Source: Acutalibacteraceae bacterium (GTDB lineage Bacteria; Bacillota; Clostridia; Oscillospirales; Acutalibacteraceae). From it: a stretch of DNA of 64,000 nucleotides. The notes beneath the pieces are model-generated. The model was not told the DNA's origin and did not search any database. It saw only the letters and a program-made list of their open reading frames with translations. Position numbers and translations under genes: made by a program. Positions 44,423 to 54,400 of this stretch are shown in pieces (the first letter of the stretch is position 1; each line of letters begins with the position of its first letter). The stretch covers positions 1,759 through 65,758 of the forward strand of contig JAZSQO010000008.1 in assembly GCA_045538015.1 (NCBI GenBank), read 5' to 3'.

Positions 44423-44608
44423 TTTTTTACCCCCTGATTCTTCTGTTTCTTCTTTCTACTAAACCTCTTCTACACTTTTAATCATCAAAATGTAGATCAA
44501 TTAACATAATACACTTCGCTGTTGCCAAAGTCAACCATAACAGAGGTGCGAATTTATTTTCTAATACATTATATATAATCAACATCGCAAATTGGTGAAA
44601 GCATACAA

Positions 44609-44641
44609 TAAAAACCGGCCCGCCGAAGGGAGGCCGGTTTT
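44609..44641 (-). terminator. Intrinsic terminator after the 44681-45256 gene
   Basis: ccggcc...ggccgg stem followed by TTTTT on the minus strand. Confidence 0.7.
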
Positions 44642-44680
44642 CGTTATGTAGTCGAGCACAAAAGCTTCTGCTTTCGCCCC

Positions 44681-45256
44681 TCAGCCGAACAGAGCGGCCA
44701 GCAGTATATCCAGCGCCGGAGCCAGCACCGCCATAACCGCCCAGAGGGCCACAAGCACCCAGAAGCTCCCGCTCATTTTTATCCGGGCGTGGGGCGCGTA
44801 TTTTCTGACCGCCCAAAGGCCGTGGAAGGGGAAATGCTCGATGACCGTGTCCACGGTTCCCGAGGAAGCGGCGTGCTTCACTGTGGCCGACGAGGCAAAA
44901 AGGCGGTACCTGCCCACGACCGAGGGATCGTAGGTCACCGACTCGATTTCTTCCCATTTCATCCATTTTCCGTTGTATTCAAGCCCTTTCTTCCCCGCTT
45001 TACATACTACCGTACCGAAAAAGATATTGAGCACGCACAGCACCGCCAGCGGCAGAAGAAACATCCCGATTATCGCCAGCCTTACCGGCAGCTGAGCGAG
45101 CACCTCGCCGCCCTCTCCCGGGTCGGCCATTCTGAAATCGGCTGCGGTAATCCATGTGGTGGCCTTGGCCAGCAAGGCAATGGCGTACCACAGAAAGGCT
45201 GAAAAATACTGTCTGCGAAGGGGAAAGCCCTCGGGTCGGGCCTTGTTCTTTTTCAT
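44681..45256 (-). CDS. Hypothetical membrane protein between the two giant genes
   Basis: ATG at 45256 ('MKKNKARP') follows gaggtg. It has 3-4 TM helices around a central soluble segment. Confidence 0.6.
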   Translation of the reverse strand: MKKNKARPEGFPLRRQYFSAFLWYAIALLAKATTWITAADFRMADPGEGGEVLAQLPVRLAIIGMFLLPLAVLCVLNIFFGTVVCKAGKKGLEYNGKWMKWEEIESVTYDPSVVGRYRLFASSATVKHAASSGTVDTVIEHFPFHGLWAVRKYAPHARIKMSGSFWVLVALWAVMAVLAPALDILLAALFG

Positions 45257-45407
45257 CGCGTTCACCTCGGGATAATTATACCATTTCCTCTCTCAGAGGG
45301 CAATGGGCTAAGCGGGAACGAGGGTCTTTAAATGACAATCGCCCCAATCCGGTCGGGCCGGACTGGGGTTCTTGTCAGGAAAAATCTATGGAGTGAGGTG
45401 TAAGCTG

Positions 45408-48400
45408 TTATTTTTTGCGTCTGATAATGAAGACCATTACCAGGATCACAACCACCGACAGAGCGGCGGCGATGATGGCGGGGGCGACGCTGCGTTCCGC
45501 TTCCTCACCGGTATCCGGGCCCATGGGGCCCTTGTTGGTGGCGGTGACGGAAAGCACCCATCCGCTCTGCTTGTTCTCGGCTCCGGGAGTGCCGGAGGAA
45601 CCGGCGGCGTTGTTGGAAACAGAGGTGGCGTCCTGAGCCGAGGTGGGGATCTGATAGGCGGCCTCGCCCGACTTGGTCTGCCAGACCTCGCCCACGCCGA
45701 GGTTGCCAACGGTGAAGTACTTATCCAGCAGGTCGTCGTAGATCTTCAGATCCTTGATGACGCAGTTGCCGGTGTTGGTCACCACGATGGTGTAGGTGAC
45801 GGTTTCGCCCGGCTTGGCGCTGGACACGTTACCAACCTTGGTCACGGTGTAGGAAGGACGGTCAGCGGCCAGAACCTGCACGAGGTTCTCGGCGGTCCTG
45901 GGCTCGGCATTCTCCGGGTCGGCGGTGGCCCTATTGGTGTGGTAGGTTCCGGCCTGAGCGGCGGCGGGCACCACGCAGGTGACCTCTACCTCAGCGGTCT
46001 TTTCCGGCTCCAGAGAAGGAATGGTGGTTATCACATCGCCGGCCTTGACGGCAGTGCCGTTGTACACAACATCCAGAGCGTCGGTGACGGCGATGTTGGT
46101 CAGGGTCACGTTGCCGGTGTTGGCCACAACGATGGTGTAGGTGACGGTGTCGCCCGGCTTGGCGGCGGAAACGCTGGAGAGCTTTCTGACGATGAAGTCG
46201 GGAGTCTCAACCACCGGCTCGTATACCTTGACGGTGTCGTCGTCCTGATCGGTCACGCCGTTCTCCGCGGTGGCGGTGGCGGTGTTGACCAGCTCGGTTC
46301 CGACGGCGGCGTCGGCGGGCACGGTGTAGGTCACCTTGAAGCGCTGGCTGGCGCCGGGAGCGAGGCTCTCGATCACAGCGAAGGCTTCGTTGGCTTCATA
46401 TTCTTCGCCCTCATAGGTGACGGCGAAGATGTCGCTGACGCTGATCTTCTCCAGAGCGATGTCGCCGGTGTTGGCCACGGTGATGTAGAAGTCCACGGGC
46501 TTGCCTGCCTCAACATTGGGCATGGCGGCGGTCTTGGTGACCTCCAGACCGGGGATCTTCACGGTCACATCGGCCTCCGACTGCACCGGCTCGGTCTGGT
46601 TGGAGTCGGCCACCACCACATTGGTGATGACGTCGCCCGACTTGGCGTCGGCGGGAACGGTGACGGTGTAAACGAGCTGCAGAACAGCGCCGCCCACTTC
46701 CATCTTCTCCACGGTCACGGTGCCGTTTTCGGCCACGGCCGCGCCGGTGGTGCCGGCGGGCAGAGAAGCGGGAAGGGTCCATGTGCCGCCGGTGATCTTA
46801 TCCTCGATGACGATGCCGGTCAGGTCGGTGTTGCCGGTGTTAGTCACATCGATGATGTAACGCACGGTGTCGCCCGGCTTGGCCTCGGTCACGTTGGCGG
46901 ACTTGATAACGGTCAGCTCGCTGTCCTCGAGAACGGTGACATCCACGTCGTCCTCGTCCAGCTTGGTGCCCTCCTTGTCCAGCAGCTCGGCCACATTGGT
47001 CAGCTTGCCGGCGGCGGTGCCCATGGGAATGGTGTAAACACTTTCGATTACGGGAATGATGGTGGATTCACCGGCCCGGAGGCTGGCGATCTTCCATTCC
47101 TTGCCCAGAAGCTCATCCTTGACGGTGAGGTCGGTGTAGTTGACATCGCCGTTGTTCTCCACAAGGATGGTGTAGCTCACAAGGTCGCCGGGATAATACT
47201 CGGTGCCTCCGGCCACGTTCTTGGTGATGGTGATGTCCTCGTTGAGAGGCACCTCCACGGGAGTGACATTGGCGGTATCCTGACGGGTGATGGGAGTCTC
47301 CTCGCCCTTGGGAGTGCCCACGGCCACAGCGGTGTTGGTGATGACCGGATTGGCCTCAACATCGTAGCCCGCGGGAATGGTGTAGGTAACGGCGGGGATC
47401 ACATAGGTCTTGCCCGGCTCCAGAGCGGAAATGCTCCACTCGCCGTCCAGCATCTCGTCGGTGACGGTGATGTTCTCCAGAAGGGTGTTGCCGGTGTTGG
47501 TGACGGAGATGGTGTAGTAGACATCGCCGCCCACGACCTGAGTTTCGGGCACAGCGGACTTTTCGATGACCATGTCGCTGACGCGCTCCACGGTGAAGTC
47601 GGCGGTGGCTTCCTGATCCTCAAGGTCGGTCACGGTGCCGCCGGCATTGATGTAGTCGGCGTCAACGGTGACGGTGTTGACAAATTCCTCGCCGCCCTTG
47701 GCGTTGGCGGGAACCTCATAGCTGAGGCGGTCGGCGCGCCAGCTCTGGCCAACGGCCAGATCGGTGGGGCAGCTGAGAGCCCAGGCGGAGGTGGGAATGA
47801 CGGTCAAGGCGTCGCCCATCTGGCGGACAAACTCATCGGTCAGGGTCACGTTGCACAGAGGCACGTTGCCGGTGTTGGTGACGGTGATCCAGAAGTATAC
47901 GGTCTCGCCCGGCTCGGCGGTGGCCTTGCCGTTCTCCTCGCCGGAGGTGATGACCTCCTTGGTCACGGTGAAGGCGGGAGCGGGAGTGATGGGAGTCTCG
48001 TCCACGACCACGTCCACATCGTCGCTGACGGTGAGCTTCTCGCCGGTGGCGGGATCGGTCACGGTCTCAGCGGTGGCGATGTTTCTGATGGTGCTGCCGG
48101 CTGCGGCAGTGTTGGGAACGGTGACGGTGTAGGTAAACTGAGCCACGCCGCCCATGGGGAAGACGGTCAGCACGGGATGGCTGCCGCTCATGCTCACGGT
48201 GACGCCGGCGTCGGTGGTGGCGTTGATCCATCTGCCGCCGGAGATGGAGTCGGTGACATCCACATCGGTCAGCAGGCAGTTGCCGGTGTTGGTGACCACG
48301 ATGGTGTAGACCACGCTGTCGCCGGCCTTGGGATGGGCGTTATTGACCGTCTTGACGATGCTCATGCCGGGATCGCGCTCCACGGTGAGGATGGCGTTTG

Positions 48401-51400
48401 CCTCCTTGGGAACCACATCGCCCTTGGTGCCGTCCTCCTTGACATACTTGGAGGTGACGGTGACGGTGTTGTCGTACTTCTCGCCCGCGGGAGCGCCGGA
48501 GGCAACGGTGTAAGGCATGGGCTGGCTGATCCACGCTCCGCCCACGGGCAGAGTCTCGAAGCAGTCAAGATCCCAGCCGGCGGTGGACAGCTGAGTGCTG
48601 ACCGAGCCGTTTACCTTGCTGAATACGTCGGTCAGGTTCACATCGCACAGAGGCACGTTGCCGGTGTTGGTGACGATGATCTGGAAGTATTCGGTCTGGC
48701 CGGGCTTGGCGTAGGCGTTGGTAACCGTCTTGGTCACGGTGATCTCGGGAGCGATGGGCTCAACCACTCTGACAGTCTCCTCGTCGGTGGCAGGCTCGGT
48801 GCTGGGCGAGGTGGAGGTGGCGGTGACGGTGTTGTCAATGTCGGTGCCCTCGGCGGTGCCGTCGGGAACCGTGTAGGTGTAGAGGAGGATGACCTTTTCG
48901 CCCGCTCCCAGCTCGGGGATGGTGGGGTTGGAGGTCAGGTTGGTGACATTGTGGGTGTTGGTGCCGGACACCGACCATGTTCCGCCGGTGAGGGCCTCGG
49001 TGACCACAACGCCGTTGAGCTTGCAGTTGCCGGTGTTCTCCACAACGACGGTGTAGACTACGGTCTGACCGGCGCTGACGGTGGTGCGGCTGGCGTCCTT
49101 GGTGACGGACAGGGCAGGCTGAGCGGGAACCACGGTCTCGGCGCTGTCGGTGACCTCGTCAAGGGCGGAGGAAGGATCGTCGGGATCCTCATTCGCGTTG
49201 ACGGTGACAACATTGCGGAAGGTGGTGTCGCCCAGAGTGTCCTCGGGGATGGTGTAGTAGAGCAGGCCGCTCTCCCAGCTTTCGCCGGCCTCGAGAGTCT
49301 CGGGGCAGTCCAGCTGCCAGCCGGTGTTGGTGATCTCGGTATCGCTGGTGCCGAAGAGTCTGGAGAATTCATCCTCAAGGGCAACATTGTACAGAGGCAC
49401 ATTGCCGGTGTTGGTGACGGTGATCCAGAAACTGACCGTCTGTCCGGCCTTGGCGGTGGGAGTGCTGACTTCCTTGTTGACGGCGATGGAGGGAGCGGGA
49501 TCGTCCGGACGGGCGGTCAGCTCCACATCGGCGTCGTCGTGGACGGTGGGAGTGGCGGGATCGTCGCAGGAGGCGTAGGCGATGTTCTTGATGGTGTCGC
49601 CCGCGTTTCCGGCAAGATGATCGAGGGTGTAGGTGAGCAGAACCTGATCACCCGGCTCCATGAGGGAGATGACGGGGCTGCCGCCGGTGATGGCGACATT
49701 GAAGCCGTCGGCCTCGGCCGCGTCGGTATTCCAGATGCCTCCGGAGATGGAGTCGGTGACCGAAACGTTGTTCAGGTCGCAGTTGCCCACGTTGCTGACA
49801 ACGATGGTGTAGACCACGCTGCTGCCCTGCATGACAGTGTCGGCGCTGGCGGTCTTTTCGATGGCCAGTCTGGGATCATCGGGGATGATGACCTCGGCGT
49901 CGTCCTGTCTGAGGTAGGTGGTGGGATCCTCGGGATCAAAGGTGGTGCCCTCGGTGTCGAGGTAGGCGTTGTTGAGCACGTCGCCCTTCATGCCGGCCTC
50001 GGTGGGCACGGAAACGGTCTTTGTCCAGATGCCGCCGGCCTCGAGACGGCCAACCTGCCAGCCGTCGGGATAGGCGATGGCAGAGGGCACGCCGATGACA
50101 TCGGCGATGTCGTAGACCACAAGGTCGTCGATGGCCACGCCGCTGTTGTTGGTGACCACGATGACGAACTCGGCGTTCTCACCGGGCTTGATGGGGCTGT
50201 TGAGAGCCACCTTGCTCAGGGAGACCTGATTGTGGGGATCGTTGCCCACGGTGGCGATGACATCGTCGCTGCGGTTGCCGGTCTGGTCGGAGGTGACGGT
50301 GACGGTGTTCTTGTAGACGGTGTTCTGGCCGGCATCGTCGGGAACCTCAAAGGGCATGGAGCCGGAAGAGGTGCTCCAGCTTTCGCCGGGAGCCAGCTCG
50401 TCGTCCATGGCGGCCAGCTCGGTCAGCCACGCGGCGGGCGTGGTCTGCTGAACGCCGTTGATGGTGAACACATCGCTCACCAGAGCCACTCCGGTCAGAG
50501 GAGTGGAGCCGATGTTGGTGACGGTGACGGTGTATTCGATGGTGTCGCCCTGATCGGGGACGTTGTTGGAGACGGTCTTGGTGACCATCAGCTCAGCCGA
50601 CTGACCGATGGTGACGGTCTCGTTGTCGGTGTCGGTCAGCTCGGTGCCGTCGGGAGCCTTGGCGGCGACCACGGCGGTGTTCAGATAGCTCTCGCCGGCA
50701 AGGGCGGAGGAGGGGATCTTGTACTGATAGGTCAGCTTGACCGGGGTGCCCACGGGCAGGTCGCCGATGGTGTGGGAGCCGGTGGTGGTGGAACCCACCT
50801 GAGTCCAGCCGGTTCTGGAAGAGGCGACGGTATTCTCGTCAAAGACCTTGTCGTCGGATACCACAACATCGCTCAGAGCCACGTTGCCGGTGTTCTTCAC
50901 GGTGAGGGTGTAGGTGACGGTTTCGCCGGCATAGGCGGTGGTCTTGCTGACTTCCTTCTTGATGTCGATGGCGGGAACGATATTCTCGTTCTTCACGACC
51001 ACGCTGGCGTCGTCCTGACGGGTGATAGGCTCATGGGTGCCGGTCACGGTGGAGGGCACGGTGCCGGTGGCGGTGGCCACGTTGGTCAGCACCGAGGCGT
51101 TGGCGGCGTCATCGGCGATGACGGCGTCAACGGTGACAGTGGTTCTGCCGCCGGCGGCAAGGGTGAAGGTGCCGTCGTAATTCATGGGCAGGGAAGCGCT
51201 GTAGCTCAGGCTGCCGGTAAGCTCCTGACCGGCGAACACATCCTCAAGGGAAACGTTCAGCGGGCAGTTGCCGGTGTTGATAACGGTGATGGCGAAGGTC
51301 ACGGTGTCGCCGGGCTCCACAACGGGAATGGCGGCAGTGGAAGAGTCGCCGTTCACGGCGGTGACCTTCTTGTCGATGGTCATGTCGGGGTTGATGGGAT

Positions 51401-54400
51401 CGGTGAGGATGACATCAACCGAGCTGGTGATGGGGCTGGGATCGTAATCCTTGGTCTGGCCATCAACGGGATCCACATAGGTGGCGTAGGTGTTCAGGGT
51501 GTTGGTGGCGCGGTTGTTGACATAGGTCACATCCACGGGGAAGGTGACCGGCAGGCGGTCAATGACCCAGTCCTCGCCGGGCTGGATGGTGAAGCTGGAC
51601 AGAGCGGCAGCCACCCAGTCAAGGGCGGTGATCTGCGCCGGATTCATCACATCCTCCAGACGGACGGTGACGGGCACGTTGCCCGAGTTGGTGATGGTGA
51701 AGCGATAGTAAGCGGTCTGACCCTTTTCAACGGTGACCGGCTCGCGGCCGTAGGTGCCGGGATTGCCGGAGGCGGAAACCTCCTTGACGGCGGTGATGGA
51801 CGGCTTTGCGTTGATGGTGTACCTGGCGGTATCGCTGGACACGACCTCCTTGTCCTTGTGGACGCAGGAGGCGGTGGCGGTATTGACATTGTCGGCCGAA
51901 GCGGAGGCATCGGCGGGAACAACGTAGGTCAGGGGACCGACGACCTGGCTTTCGCCGGGCTGGAGGGAGGAAATGGTGGTGATAACGCTGCCGGCGGCAT
52001 AGGTGCTGCCGCTGTAGATAACAGCGTGGTCATCGGTGACTTCGATATTCTCAAGGAGAGCGTCGCCGCTGTTTTCCACCTCGATGAAGAAGAAGATGGA
52101 TTTGCCCGGATCCTGAGCCACCGACTCGCCGGCCTGACTGAGGTCGTTGGTGAGGGCGGCGGTCTTGTTTACGGTCAGGGCGGGGTTGTTGGCCACAACG
52201 GGCACTTCCTCGGTATCCTCGGCGGTGACCTCCTCGTCGGTGCCGGGAACCACGGCGGTGGCGGTGGCGTTGTTGACCGCCTTGCCCGCGGCAAGGTCGG
52301 ACTCCTGCACGGTGTACTGGAAGGTCAGCTCAGCGGAGCTGCCGCCGGCAAGAGAAGAAATAACGGTGTTGCTGGTGATCCATCTGCCGTTGGCGGAGTC
52401 GGCCAGAGAGTCGTCCACGCGGACATTCTCAAGGGTCTGCTCGCCGAGGTTGGTGACCACGATCTTGTAGGTGATGGTCTCGCCTACGCTGTAGTTTTCT
52501 CTGGGATCGACAACGCTCTTCTCCACCTTGAGAGGGTTGGTGTAGAGGGTGTCGGAAACGGTCTCGCCCTCGTTGACGTAGGCGAAGTTGGTGATCTCGG
52601 AAATATGCTCGCCGTTGTTGTCGGTGGTGACAACCTGAGCGTCAAAGGTGAGATACAGGGTGGAGTTGGCGGGAACATTCACCGCGCCGTCAAGGGAGGC
52701 GGCGGTGACATCAATGCCGGTGGTGACGTCGGACTGAACGCCGCCGGAGACCACATAGCACTGCATGGTATCGGGGAGGAACTGCACGCCGGCAGGAGCG
52801 GTGTCCTGAATGGTGATGTTCTCCGAGGGCAGGGTGCTGGGGTTCTCGATGGCGATGGTGTAGCGGATCTTGTCGCCCACTTCAACAACGCTGCCGTTGA
52901 GGTCGACATTGCCGTTCTCGTCCAGCTTGCTGGCGCTCTTGGAGTAGGAAAGGTCGGCGAAGGCAAGGTTGGTGATGAGCTTGAGGTTGGAGTCTCTGGT
53001 GCTGCGCTCCATGTAGTAGATGGTCAGGTCGTGGTAGCCGGGAGCCAGCTTGTAGCCGCTGCCGGTGCTGACGAACATCTCGCTCAGCTTCTTGTTGACC
53101 AGAGTCTCGTTGTTGTAGTAGTCGGTGCCTTCCGCGGCGAGCAGGTTGGCCTTGGCTACGTCATACATACTTCTGGCGTTGCCGGAGGTGCTGCCGGAGT
53201 TGAACACGGTGGTGGTGTTGTCGCCCAGATCCACCACGCCGGTGATGGCCTCGTGAACGCCGCCGATGTCCAGAATGAGGACGCCGTCGATGAACAGCCA
53301 GAAGTCGTCGTCTCCGGTGAAGCGGAAGGTCTCGTCGCTGTTTGCGGATACGAGGAACTGGGCGTCAAACTCCATGCCGAAGTGGTAGTTGTGGCGGATA
53401 CCCTCGGCGTCCAGGTCGGGAGCCACGCCGCACATGGGGAAGTAGCCGTTCTCGCCCTCGGTGCCGTAGCCGTCGGCACAGTCGGAAGCCTGATACTGCT
53501 TGTCGCTGTCAAAGACATAGTAGCCTATGTAGGCGTCGTTGCTGTAGTTGTCAGCGTCGGTGATCTTGTAGAGGGTGATGTCCGAGTCGATGGCATTCTC
53601 CCGGAACATCTTCACATCGTCGTTGAGATGTTCGGCGGTGATGCGCTCGGCGTTGCTGGGGTTGACGTGAGCGTTGTTGTTGCTCAGGTTGTAGTATTCC
53701 ACCTCGTCGGTGAAGATGGGGCGGCCGTTCTCGTCAAGAGCGCCGGCGACCAGACCGGGACGCACGCCCTGCTGAGCCTCGTTGGAGCCCCAGGTGAACT
53801 CGAAGAAGCGGGCGGTGTCCAGGTCACGGAAGCTGTAGTCGTACAGCTTGATGGGAACGGTGACCGATTCGCCCTGAGGATACTCATAGGGGCGCAGGGT
53901 GACCTTGTCGGCCCAGATGGTATAGTTGGAGCCGTAGATGGCCTTGTTGACATTATCGTCGCTGTTGGCGACGGCGTCGGAGGCAAGAGTGATCTGCAGG
54001 CAGCCGTTGGCGTCGGCCTCGGCGTAGACATAGCAGGTATGGAAACCGGTGACCACGCCCGCACGGGTGTCGTTGCCGTTGCCCGAGGGATAGGAGGCGA
54101 AGGAACCCAGGTTGCTGCTGATGTAATAAGTGCCTTCCTTGTCGGCTTCGGCGCCGGGAGCGGCGGCGGTGAACACGGTGTTGCCCTTGCCCAGAGTCAT
54201 GGCCTCAACGCCCACACGATAGGTCTGGCCGGGAGTGAGTCCGCTGATGATCTGGGTGACATAGGAGCCGCTGGTTCCGGGGATCATCCGGAGCAGGTCG
54301 GCGCCGCCGTCGGTGGGAGTATATTTGTCGCCGCTGGAATAACTGTTTACATAGCTGTCGGGAATGGTGATACCCGAATAGGAGAAGGGCTCGGTGATGA

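Noticed and set aside
45330-45370. Hairpin ccccaatccggtc...cggactgggg as terminator of the 3319-aa gene
   Set aside because: No T tract follows on the minus strand. It is more likely a stabilising structure within a read-through transcript, so it is not listed as a terminator.
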